Assembly (NCBI GenBank): GCA_035507035.1
Contig: DATJOJ010000032.1
Span: forward strand, 40,938-104,937
DNA length: 64,000 nt
Source of the DNA: Terriglobales bacterium
GTDB taxonomy: Bacteria; Acidobacteriota; Terriglobia; Terriglobales; Acidobacteriaceae
Direction of reading: 5' to 3'
In this document: positions 48,357 to 56,838 of the stretch, piece by piece
Layout: every line of letters begins with the position of its first letter
Numbering within the stretch: the first letter of the stretch is position 1
Program-made: the position numbers and the translations under genes
Notes under the pieces: generated by a model
Databases searched by the model: none
The model's input: the letters and a program-made list of their open reading frames with translations, nothing else
Told to the model about the DNA's origin: nothing

Positions 48357-49079
48357 TTACTTCTCTGCGCGTAGAATTTCTGCGGCTTTCTGAAGATCTT
48401 CGGGGGCATCAATTCGGATAGTGTCGTGCGATGTTTCTGCGACGCGAATCGGGATCCCATTCTCCAGAAAACGCAGCTGCTCCAGACGTTCGCTTTGTTC
48501 CAGCGGTGACTCGGGCAAGCTGACGTAACGATCCAAGGCGTCCTTCCGATAAGCATAGAAACCGAGATGCTTGAAGTATGCCGGCTTCGTGCCGTCGCGG
48601 TCATAGGGGATGGTCGAGCGCGAGAAGTAAAGCGCATTGCCGTTCCCATCTGTTACAACCTTGACGGCATGCGGATTGGCAATGTCTTCAGCAACCGCGG
48701 CAACTTTCAGGGTTCCTACGGGCGTTTCGAGATTCTTCATCAGGTCAAGAAGCGCTTGAATATGTTCCGCTCGCGCCAGCAGCTCATCGCCCTGAACGTT
48801 GATGTACATATCCGCCGAAATCGAGTTGGACATTTCGTGGACCCGCTCGGTGCCGTTGCGGCAGGACGTCGAAGTCATGAGAACGTGAAAGCCCACCGAT
48901 CGGCAGTGCTGAAAAATTTCGTCAGAGTCGGTGGCAACGATGACATCGGCGAGCATAGAGCATGATCGTACGCCGCGATAAACGTGGCTGATCAGGGGTT
49001 CTCCTGCAATCTCGCGCAGCATCTTTCCGGGCAACCGGGTCGAAGCCAGCCGGGCCGGGATGACGGCGATTGCTTTCAT
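48357..49079 (-). CDS. kdsB: 3-deoxy-manno-octulosonate cytidylyltransferase (CMP-KDO synthetase)
   Basis: MKAIAVIPARLASTRLPGKML, NVQGDE, and LEQLRFLENG motifs. ATG 49079. Confidence 0.88.
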   Translation of the reverse strand: MKAIAVIPARLASTRLPGKMLREIAGEPLISHVYRGVRSCSMLADVIVATDSDEIFQHCRSVGFHVLMTSTSCRNGTERVHEMSNSISADMYINVQGDELLARAEHIQALLDLMKNLETPVGTLKVAAVAEDIANPHAVKVVTDGNGNALYFSRSTIPYDRDGTKPAYFKHLGFYAYRKDALDRYVSLPESPLEQSERLEQLRFLENGIPIRVAETSHDTIRIDAPEDLQKAAEILRAEK

Positions 49080-49179
49080 GGTTTCCAGTGTCAATTTTTG
49101 TCGCGAGATATGCAACAGGGGATAAATGTAGCCCATTCGCAAACAACCCGAATAAATGGGTGGCGCCTACGTCGAGCAG

Positions 49180-49211
49180 AAAATTGCGGCCGTCCTCCCT
49201 CCCCGGAGGAC
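49180..49211 (-). terminator. Possible terminator hairpin after the 807-aa gene
   Basis: On the minus strand: GTCCTCCggggagGGAGGAC. The TTTT run begins only 8 nt after the stem, so the signal is weak. Confidence 0.35.
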
Positions 49212-49238
49212 GACCGCTCTAGAGTCATTCCAAACTTC

Positions 49239-51662
49239 TTACGGTTGCGACAGCAGTCCGTAGATGTCGAGCTCGCTGGCGGTACCGACGAACACGTGGC
49301 CGTCGGCGACCGTAGGAACAGCGAACTTGACTGCTGGCCCAGCAGTGTCGCGTCCACCAGCGGCCTGGTTGGTGTTGTAGAGCTCCTGATCGACCAGCGT
49401 GGCATTGTAGGCGTGGAGAATCGCGACACCACCAGTCGGTTGATTCGTGGTTTCAATTTCCCAGACGATTCCGTTGGTAGCACCGTTGGAGGAAATGGTG
49501 GAGGTTGCTCCATGGACGCCGTAAGTAACGCTCCCGATACTGATGGGAGACGTCGAAAGCAAGCCAGTGTTGACATCCCAGCTGAAGGCCCTCAGCACGT
49601 CATCCTGGCAGTGGTAGTAGAGCATGCTATTCCAGAGCGTTGGCGTGGACCAGATATTGTCGTGCTGGTTGACGCCGGTTTGCACTTCCTGAATGACCTG
49701 GTCAACATTCTGGAATTGGCCCATATTGTCACGATTAATCACAAAGATGCGGCCGTCTTTGCCGCCGCCAATATACTCGTGCGGCGTGCTCGAACCATTG
49801 TCGGGCATGATAATACCGGCGCCGCTGCCGACGTCGAGATCGTTCATTGAAAGATAATTTTCATTCGACGGCATGAAGTAATCGAGCACAGACAGGTTGG
49901 ATGCGCTGAAGCGGATGGCCGAGTCGTTGTAGCCGGACATGGGATCGTCCTCATCGACGCCGCTGATGAAGAACAAATCGCCGGAGCTGTCGTCGACCGC
50001 AGGCGCTCCGCCGCCGTTCCAGAATCCTCCGCCAGCTCCGTTCGGAGTAGCGTTCATGATCCCGGTTTGCTGGAGAGTGGTCTTGTCATAGCCCACCATC
50101 CATCCGTGACTGCAATGGCCGAAACCGATGTAAATGCCGTTACTGATCGGATCCAAGGCGAGGCCGGTACGCGGATAGCAGTTTGTCTCAAGCGTAATCT
50201 CGCCGTTGACGCTGTCGGTTCCCGTGCCCGGAACCGTGCCCGTGACAACCACCGGACCGCCAAGTTTTTCAGCGCCGGTGGTGATGTCAAGCGCGTGCAG
50301 TTGAAAAACACGGCCACCGTTCTGCTCGACAACGGCGATGACGTAAAGAGTGTTCGTGGCCGGGTCAATCACCGGTGTTGCGGTGATGCCCAGAAGCGGT
50401 TGGATACCGTAAGGATCATTGTTTTGTACCGCCGTTCCCAAATGGTTCTGCCACAGTGCAGTCTGGGAGAGACCGTCGGCGTCGAAGGCGTAGACGGTAT
50501 CGTTTTCGGTGGCGACGAATACAGTGTTGTGCGATGCGCCATTAATACTCAAATTGGGCACGTAAAGCGGCTGCGTATAGACTTGGCCGTCGACCGGGAA
50601 AACATACTTCTTCCCAAATTGCTGCGAGTTCACGTTCGATAGGGTGAGCGTGGTTTCGTTGGTGTTCGCGCCATCTCGGACATCGTCATTGTGATAGGTA
50701 AGCACGGAAACGGTGCCTTGACTTGAATTCTGCACGCTCACCGTAGCGTTTGCGCTGAGAGTTGGAATCAGGACGCTAGTCGCGGTGATGGTGTGATCTC
50801 CAGCGGTCCCCGGAGCCGTATAGAGACCGGTGCTGCTAATGGTGCCGACGGTACTGTTCCCGTTGAGAATTCCGTCGACCGACCAAGTTACAGCGGTGTT
50901 GTTGGTGCCGAGGACGGTCGCGGTGAATTGCTGGGTTCCGTTCGGCGCAACATTTGCGCCACTCGGAGCAATGGCAAGGCTGACCACGGAAACGCTGGCA
51001 CTGGCTTTTTTCGTGGTATCGGCGGCACTGGTTGCCGTCACTGTATGCGGGCCGGCAACTGCTGGCGCGGTGTAAAGGCCGGTCGAGCTGACCGTGCCGG
51101 TCGTTGTATTTCCGCCATTGATGCCGTCGACTGACCAGGTGACACTTGTATTTGAGCTGCCAGACACGCTGGCCGTAAAGGCTTGCGTGCCAGCAACGGC
51201 AACGTTGGCGGACGTGGGCGAAACCGCGACGGAGACTATGGCTGTTGGATTGACGGCCACGGATGCGGTGGCTGTAACGGAGTTCTCAGCCGCGGACATG
51301 GCCGTGATCGTGAAAGTCGTCGGCTGCGTGACATTCATCGGAGCGGTATAAAGGCCGGCGGCGGAGATCGTGCCGGTCGCGGGCGCACCGCCTACCTTTC
51401 CGTTCACTTCCCAGTCGACACTTGTGTTCGTCGTACCGGTCACCGAGGTTTTGAACTGTTGAGTGCCACCAGGATTGAGAGTCGCGTTGGAAGGAGAAAT
51501 GGGTCCGATCTTAATGGAGGAAGGCGAGGTGGGATTCGAAGTGCTTCCGCCACTGCCTCCGCCACCGCAATCGACCGTCACCAGCAGGGCTAAGATGCAC
51601 GAGGTTACGCTGATTGCGGCAGTATACTTCCGTCGGGTGGAACCTATGGCATGGAACGACAT
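49239..51662 (-). CDS. Secreted/lipoprotein with three Ig-like (Big_2-type) repeats and a C-terminal PQQ-like beta-propeller
   Basis: Signal with Cys (LLVTVDCGGG). Three ~90-aa repeats (..GTQQFTA.V.G..NT.VTWSV.G...G....GT.S..GLYTAP..). The C-terminal ~500 aa are propeller-like (VFVATENDTVYAFDA..., LYVIAVV...). Confidence 0.7.
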   Translation of the reverse strand: MSFHAIGSTRRKYTAAISVTSCILALLVTVDCGGGGSGGSTSNPTSPSSIKIGPISPSNATLNPGGTQQFKTSVTGTTNTSVDWEVNGKVGGAPATGTISAAGLYTAPMNVTQPTTFTITAMSAAENSVTATASVAVNPTAIVSVAVSPTSANVAVAGTQAFTASVSGSSNTSVTWSVDGINGGNTTTGTVSSTGLYTAPAVAGPHTVTATSAADTTKKASASVSVVSLAIAPSGANVAPNGTQQFTATVLGTNNTAVTWSVDGILNGNSTVGTISSTGLYTAPGTAGDHTITATSVLIPTLSANATVSVQNSSQGTVSVLTYHNDDVRDGANTNETTLTLSNVNSQQFGKKYVFPVDGQVYTQPLYVPNLSINGASHNTVFVATENDTVYAFDADGLSQTALWQNHLGTAVQNNDPYGIQPLLGITATPVIDPATNTLYVIAVVEQNGGRVFQLHALDITTGAEKLGGPVVVTGTVPGTGTDSVNGEITLETNCYPRTGLALDPISNGIYIGFGHCSHGWMVGYDKTTLQQTGIMNATPNGAGGGFWNGGGAPAVDDSSGDLFFISGVDEDDPMSGYNDSAIRFSASNLSVLDYFMPSNENYLSMNDLDVGSGAGIIMPDNGSSTPHEYIGGGKDGRIFVINRDNMGQFQNVDQVIQEVQTGVNQHDNIWSTPTLWNSMLYYHCQDDVLRAFSWDVNTGLLSTSPISIGSVTYGVHGATSTISSNGATNGIVWEIETTNQPTGGVAILHAYNATLVDQELYNTNQAAGGRDTAGPAVKFAVPTVADGHVFVGTASELDIYGLLSQP

Positions 51663-51680
51663 AGATGGGACCTGATCTCT

Positions 51681-51720
51681 TTCTCGAACGTGCTCTCTCG
51701 AACCTGAGTTCTCGAACGTG
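51681..51720. repeat. Three direct repeats of TCTCGAAC at 14-bp period (12-mer TTCTCGAACGTG twice)
   Basis: Copies at 51682-51689, 51696-51703 and 51710-51717. They lie 20-58 nt upstream of the ATG (51662) of the minus-strand 807-aa gene. Confidence 0.85.
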
Positions 51721-52158
51721 AAAATAAAAGCGCCGAATAGATGTGCGGCGAGGCTGCGAAGTTGCTCGCTGTGGGGATGAACAGACTTCGTGGGTGGCGC
51801 CGAAAAGCGGCTCTAGTGGCCTGGTCAGGCGGGGGTGAGCTCCGCGAAAACTGGTCTACGGTGTCGCAGAAGTGGAGGTACGGTGCGCAGGATTGCCGCA
51901 TCAGCTGGGCATGGTAGCGCGCTGGCCGCGGCGTTTATTGCCTGGCGAGAATCGTTCTGTCGCTCAATCTCACTGAATTGCGCGGAAGGCTCCCTTCTCA
52001 TTCTGGTCGAAGCGCAACCGGCTAAAGCATATTCCTCAGGGCTAAAGCTCTTTGGAATGACAAGGCTCAAAAACGTCGGTTCGATGGCACTCCAGAGTAA
52101 CGCTGTCGGTTCGCTTCCATTTGACCGATTCCCGCTTCGTGCTAGATGATTGAGCCAG

Positions 52159-52374
52159 ATGGATGCCGAACGGACCATTGCCGACATCGAGTTGCTGGAG
52201 CGCATTTTCGCGGCGCCGGACACCCGTCCGATGAGTGCCCGCGATCTTTCGGCCGCCAATCGAAGGCACGACGAAAGGCTGGCCAACAGTCCGTGGTTTC
52301 GGCTTTGGAACCGCTACGGGATTTGCTGCCGCTCCGAATCGCCTGCGCTGCAATTGGGCGAAATCGAAAGCTAA
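52159..52374 (+). CDS. Possible 71-aa hypothetical protein (MDAERTIADIELLERIF...)
   Basis: Part of ORF track 52150..52374. Third codon positions are strongly G/C-biased, like neighbouring genes. No convincing RBS and no family recognised. Confidence 0.3.
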   Translation: MDAERTIADIELLERIFAAPDTRPMSARDLSAANRRHDERLANSPWFRLWNRYGICCRSESPALQLGEIES

Positions 52375-52411
52375 CTTGGCCGGTTCCCGGGCGAGGAATC
52401 CTGAATATTTC

Positions 52412-52488
52412 TGGTGGCGGCGGCTGGACTCGAACCAGCGACCTACGGATTATGAGACCGTCGCTCTAGCCACCTGAGCTACACCGCC
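52412..52488 (-). tRNA. tRNA with CAT anticodon (elongator tRNA-Met, or tRNA-Ile2 if C34 is lysidinylated); CCA encoded
   Basis: The rc reads GGCGGTGTAGCTCAGGTGGCTAGAGCGACGGTCTCATAATCCGTAGGTCGCTGGTTCGAGTCCAGCCGCCGCCACCA. It has a 7-bp acceptor stem (one G-U), GCTC/GAGC D stem, loop CTCATAA, GCTGG/CCAGC T stem and GTTCGAGTC T loop. It is not initiator-like (no 3 GC pairs in the anticodon stem, and 1-72 is paired). Confidence 0.92.
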
Positions 52489-52603
52489 ACGTGTTTCATC
52501 TTAACATTCTGCATCCTGCGGGAGCCAAAGACGGCGGGCTCAGCGAATCGCCGCTCAAATAACCTCGCCGCGATCACACCTGCGGTAAAATCAGCGCAAA
52601 TCG

Positions 52604-53260
52604 ATGCTCTCATCTTCTCTGCAAGCAGCCAGAAGACGTCCCCGTAGCGCGCTCACCATCTTCCGGCATCTGGGTGCGGCGGGATTGTTTGCGCTGGCGA
52701 TTCTTGACAGCACACCCTTGCCCACGTTCGGTGGCCCGGACATTCTGATTGTGATCCTGGTGGCGACGCGACACACACCGTGGTGGGAATGTGTGGCCGC
52801 CGCCACCGCCGGTTCGATGATTGGCGCGTACTTCACGTTTCACTTGGCGAGAAGGGCGGGACGGGCCTATCTCGATAGCAAGTTCGGCCGCGGGAAGGTA
52901 CCGAAACTGTTGGCGATTTTCCATCGTTGGGAGACTGGGGTGCTGGTAGCGTCGACGGCGATTCCGTTTCCAACTCCGACCAGTGTCTTTTTTGCGGCGG
53001 CAGGCGCGTCCAACACCTTCAGCACGAAAAAATATCTGACCATAGTCGGGATGTCGCGCGCAGCTCGCTACTCGGCGGTCGCGATTCTCGGCGATCTCTA
53101 CGGACGGCACGTCCTCCGAATCTTGCGGCACCCGACGCAGTATTGGGGATGGTTTGCGCTGCTGCTGGGGATTATCGTGGCGCTCGTCGCTGGTGGGGTG
53201 CTGGTCAATCGGCGGTTGGAGACAAACCCGAGCACTCAGCCGTCGGCACTCGGCACCTAG
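52604..53260 (+). CDS. YqaA/DedA-family (VTT domain) membrane protein
   Basis: LGAAGLFALAILDSTPLPTFGGPDILIVIL... and the hydrophobic pattern are typical of the YqaA-like branch. The antisense ORF 52610..53266 is Arg-rich junk. Confidence 0.65.
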   Translation: MLSSSLQAARRRPRSALTIFRHLGAAGLFALAILDSTPLPTFGGPDILIVILVATRHTPWWECVAAATAGSMIGAYFTFHLARRAGRAYLDSKFGRGKVPKLLAIFHRWETGVLVASTAIPFPTPTSVFFAAAGASNTFSTKKYLTIVGMSRAARYSAVAILGDLYGRHVLRILRHPTQYWGWFALLLGIIVALVAGGVLVNRRLETNPSTQPSALGT

Positions 53261-53340
53261 CCTCACTGACCAATTGCTGAGTGCTCACCTCGAAGCGTCG
53301 AACTGACAAGCAGACCCGCAATCAAGGATAGAATTTACAC

Positions 53341-54042
53341 ATGCTGACGTTTGACCACTTTGAAGTCATCACTTTTGACTGCTATGGCACGCTCATCGAT
53401 TGGGAGACGGGCCTGCTCGGCGCATTGAGGCCGATTTTGGATTCGCACGGGCAAAGATTGAGTGACCAGAGAATTCTAGACATTTACGGGGAAGTGGAGC
53501 CGAAGGCGCAGAATCCTTATCGAAAATATCGCGAGGTGCTGGCGCTCGTCGTGCGAGGCTTTGGGGAGCGATTGGGATTTCAGGCATCGGAGGGCGAAGT
53601 AGCGTCACTGGCAAACTCGCTGGGAAATTGGAAGCCGTTTCCGGACACCGTTGAGGCACTCGAAAAGTTGAAGACGCGATATAAGTTGGCAATCATTTCC
53701 AACACCGATGATGACTTGTTCGCGCAAACTGCGCGGCATTTGAAAATCAAGTTTGATGACGTGATCACGGCGGAGCAGGCAAAAGCTTACAAGCCTTCTG
53801 TCACGATGTTTCAGTTGGCGTTGAAACGGCTGGCCGTATCGCCGGAGCGGGTGTTGCACGCCGGACAGAGTGTGTATCACGATGTGGTGCCGGCGAAGTC
53901 GATGGGGATGGCAACGGCGCTGGTGTATCGGCGAGGATTTGGCGCGACCCGGCCAACCGAAGGCGAGCCCGACTTGAAGGTGCCCGACATGCGAACGTTG
54001 GCGGCTCTCGCGCTGGGCGCAGAAACCAAGGCCAAGGTCTGA
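53341..54042 (+). CDS. HAD-superfamily hydrolase, haloacid dehalogenase type II-like
   Basis: Motif I ITFDCYGTLIDW, motif II ISNT, and C-terminal K...H.GQS..HD. Confidence 0.75.
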   Translation: MLTFDHFEVITFDCYGTLIDWETGLLGALRPILDSHGQRLSDQRILDIYGEVEPKAQNPYRKYREVLALVVRGFGERLGFQASEGEVASLANSLGNWKPFPDTVEALEKLKTRYKLAIISNTDDDLFAQTARHLKIKFDDVITAEQAKAYKPSVTMFQLALKRLAVSPERVLHAGQSVYHDVVPAKSMGMATALVYRRGFGATRPTEGEPDLKVPDMRTLAALALGAETKAKV

Positions 54043-54045
54043 CCC

Positions 54046-54435
54046 ATGACTGTCGATGATTTCCGCAGAATTGCTTTGAGTTTCGAAGGCGCGGAGGAAA
54101 GCTCGCATATGGGCCAGCCTGACTTCCGCGTGGCTGGGCGAATTTTTGCCACGCTCGCCTCGGCGCATGAGGGCTATGGGAATCTCAAGCTGACGCCAGA
54201 GCAGCAGGCAATGTTTGTGGGGGAGATGCCGGAGATCTTCATTCCAATTGCAGGCGGTTGGGGTCGAATGGGAATGACGCACATTCGCTTATCGGCGGCC
54301 AGTGAAGACGTGCTGACTGGAGCACTGCAGACGGCGTGGAAGCTGCGAGCTGAGCAGAACACAAAATCAAAGACGAAGAAGACGCGCGCGAACTCAGAGC
54401 GGATCGCGTTTGCGAAATCCCCAAAAAAGAAATGA
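54046..54435 (+). CDS. MmcQ/YjbR-family protein
   Basis: MTVDDFRRIALSFEGAEESSHMGQPDFRVAGRIFATL is a typical YjbR N-terminus. Confidence 0.7.
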   Translation: MTVDDFRRIALSFEGAEESSHMGQPDFRVAGRIFATLASAHEGYGNLKLTPEQQAMFVGEMPEIFIPIAGGWGRMGMTHIRLSAASEDVLTGALQTAWKLRAEQNTKSKTKKTRANSERIAFAKSPKKK

Positions 54436-54457
54436 AGTCAAGCCGCTGCGGGGCCGA

Positions 54458-55168
54458 TCAGATCTGATAATCGACGTCTTCCATTATGCGCTGCAGCGAG
54501 GCGGAAAGCGGCTCGGTGGAGCTCTCTGGGCCTTCCAGCTTCTGCACACGATCGCGTAACTTGTGAACCTCAGTCGCGACCGCCGACAGCGCTTCCGAAA
54601 GCGGATCGTTAATCTGCTTGGGATCGGTGATCACCACTCGCTCGCCGTTGCGGAAGATGATGTGGCCGGGAACGCCGACGACTGTGGAATGTGGCGGCAC
54701 GTTGCGCAGAACGACGGATCCAGCCCCGATGCGGCAATTTTGCCCAACCGTGATGTTTCCTAGAACTTTTGCGCCAGCACCGATTACGGTATTTTCTTCG
54801 ATCGTGGGATGGCGCTTGCCATGTTCTTTGCCCGTGCCGCCGAGGGTGATTCCCTGATAGAGAGTCACATCGTCGCCGACGATGGCTGTCTCGCCAATGA
54901 CGACTCCCAGCCCGTGATCGATAAACAATCGCCGCCCGATTCTGGCGCCAGGATGGATTTCAATTCCGGTAAGCCAGCGCGCCCACTGCGACCCCCAACG
55001 CGCAAGAAACAAAAAACCGTGGCACCAGAGCCAGTGGTTGATGCGATGAAACCAGACAGCATGCAATCCGGAGTAGCAGAGAAAAACCTCGAGCCGTGAG
55101 CGGGCAGCCGGATCGCGCTCGAAGACGGCGGCGACATCTTCGCGCATTAGGGACAGGAGATGTGGCAT
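54458..55168 (-). CDS. cysE: Serine O-acetyltransferase
   Basis: [52 protein letters not shown] (hexapeptide repeats). ATG 55168 lies 4 nt after the cysK stop. Confidence 0.9.
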   Translation of the reverse strand: MPHLLSLMREDVAAVFERDPAARSRLEVFLCYSGLHAVWFHRINHWLWCHGFLFLARWGSQWARWLTGIEIHPGARIGRRLFIDHGLGVVIGETAIVGDDVTLYQGITLGGTGKEHGKRHPTIEENTVIGAGAKVLGNITVGQNCRIGAGSVVLRNVPPHSTVVGVPGHIIFRNGERVVITDPKQINDPLSEALSAVATEVHKLRDRVQKLEGPESSTEPLSASLQRIMEDVDYQI

Positions 55169-55172
55169 GGCA

Positions 55173-56144
55173 TCAGACTGGCAGCGCCGAGGTCGGAATT
55201 TGCAGCGCTTCGTTCCGCAGCGACTCAAACAGGATACTCGTTAAATAGCGTTCGCCGAAATCGGGCAGGACGACGACCATCAGTTTGCCTTCGTTTTCTT
55301 TGCGGCGAGCGACGTTTAACGCGGCTGCGACCGCGGCTCCAGAGGAAATTCCCACTAGAAGACCTTCCTCTTTGGCGAGGCGGCGTGCCATGCTAATCGC
55401 GTCATCGTTGGTGACAGTGATAACTTCGTCGATGTAATCCCTCCGCAGAATGCTAGGCACAAAACCGGCGCCGATGCCCTGAATTTTGTGCGGAGACGGT
55501 TTCCCGCCCGAGAGCACGGGGCTATCGGCGGGTTCGACGGCGATGGCCTTGAACGTGGCCTTTTTTGGCTTGATGAATTGGCAGACGCCGGTGATGGTGC
55601 CGCCCGTGCCTACGCCGGAGACGAGAAAATCAACTTTGCCATCGGTGTCGTTCCAGATTTCCGGCCCGGTGGTCTCGAAATGAATTTTGGGATTTGCTGG
55701 ATTATCGAATTGCTGCAGCATGAAACCATTCGGCGTTCTGGAGAGGATTGCTTCTGCGGCAGCGATGGCGCCTTTCATTCCGTTGGGGCCGGGAGTGAGA
55801 ACGATCTCGGCGCCAAAAGCGAGCAGCAACACACGCCGCTCGAGACTCATAGTCTCGGGCATAGTGAGAATGAGTTTGTATCCCTTCACTGCTGCGGCGA
55901 AGGCCAGGCCGATGCCAGTATTGCCGCTGGTCGGCTCGATCAGGACAGTCTTGCCCGGCTGAATTTTGCCCTGCTTCTCGGCCTCGCGAATCATGCTGAC
56001 GCCGATGCGGTCCTTGACGCTGTCGCAAGGATTGCGGCTTTCCAGCTTGGCGACCACTTCGCCGAAGCAGCCCTCTGTAACTCGGTTGAGCCGCACTAGC
56101 GGCGTGTTGCCAATAAGCTCGGTGACGTTCGTGGCAATTTTCAT
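55173..56144 (-). CDS. cysK: Cysteine synthase A (O-acetylserine sulfhydrylase)
   Basis: [22 protein letters not shown] (PLP Lys), [20 protein letters not shown]. Confidence 0.92.
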   Translation of the reverse strand: MKIATNVTELIGNTPLVRLNRVTEGCFGEVVAKLESRNPCDSVKDRIGVSMIREAEKQGKIQPGKTVLIEPTSGNTGIGLAFAAAVKGYKLILTMPETMSLERRVLLLAFGAEIVLTPGPNGMKGAIAAAEAILSRTPNGFMLQQFDNPANPKIHFETTGPEIWNDTDGKVDFLVSGVGTGGTITGVCQFIKPKKATFKAIAVEPADSPVLSGGKPSPHKIQGIGAGFVPSILRRDYIDEVITVTNDDAISMARRLAKEEGLLVGISSGAAVAAALNVARRKENEGKLMVVVLPDFGERYLTSILFESLRNEALQIPTSALPV

Positions 56145-56290
56145 GGATGATCTGTTCCTTTGAGCTTTTGACGATCTTGAATCAGATCAGGCTGCAAAGT
56201 TATTTGAGCGGGAATACCGCGAGAGAACGGAAGTACTCCTGGATAACAGACCCATCGACCGGGACAACAACCGTAGTCGGGGTCAGCGCG

Positions 56291-56323
56291 CAAAACGCCC
56301 TCGCATAGCGGTAGCGCGAGGGC
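56291..56323 (-). terminator. Rho-independent terminator after the Flp pilin gene
   Basis: On the minus strand: GCCCTCGCgctaccgctatGCGAGGGC followed by GTTTTG. Confidence 0.65.
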
Positions 56324-56347
56324 TCACGGAAGCCCCAGAATTACAGC

Positions 56348-56536
56348 CTAGAACATATTGCTCGCGATCCAGTTCAACACCCGGGAGGTAACGAGGCCAA
56401 AGCCACTTACAAAGGCCAATAAGCCAATAATTGCCGCCAAGATCATAGCGTACTCGGCAATAGCCTGACCTTGTTCTGAGCCCAGGAGACGGCCTGGTGC
56501 GTCATCTGTAGAAGTTAAATTCACCTGAGAGACCAC
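56348..56536 (-). CDS. flp: Flp/Fap-family type IVb prepilin
   Basis: Leader ...RLLGSEQG, then QAIAEYAMILAAIIGLLAFV, matching the Flp G/xxxxEY processing motif plus hydrophobic helix. About 60 aa; the exact start (GTG 56536 or GTG 56524) is uncertain. Confidence 0.7.
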   Translation of the reverse strand: MVSQVNLTSTDDAPGRLLGSEQGQAIAEYAMILAAIIGLLAFVSGFGLVTSRVLNWIASNMF

Positions 56537-56838
56537 GCCTACCGTGGCTGAAATGCCGGGGGGATGGACGAAGCACGCTTATTGCGGCACTACAGTCGCA
56601 AATTCTTGAACCTATGAGGATTGTCCGCGATTTCCACAGGGCTGTCCATAGCACCAAAGTGGTATGTAAAGTTCCGTAACAAGCTCGCTTCTAGGAGGCC
56701 ATTTTTTCAGCTCCGACAGTAAGGCCTGGGAAGTCGGTCACCAAGGGCCATGGTCGCTGGAGCCTGCCAAGGGTCTTGCGCGTGTGCGCAACTTCGCTAC
56801 ACTTTAAGCTGCTGGTTTCAAGTCCTGGGAGCTAGGAA

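Noticed and set aside
51819-51840. CCTGGTCAGG segment reminiscent of the SRP RNA domain IV context
   Set aside because: The conserved GGAAGCAGCC-type motif and the symmetric loop partner are absent. The resemblance is limited to a few bases.
51835-52374. ORFs 51835..52149 and 52150..52374 are in the same frame, separated by a single TGA. This raised the possibility of a pseudogene, selenocysteine or read-through.
   Set aside because: The upstream part lacks the GC-rich third-position bias of real genes here and has no recognisable motif. I see no SECIS-like hairpin directly after the TGA. The frame match is most likely coincidental.
51663-52603. tRNA-linked genomic island or prophage remnant
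   Set aside because: There is no integrase, no phage or IS gene, and no visible direct repeat of the tRNA 3' end anywhere in the adjacent sequence.
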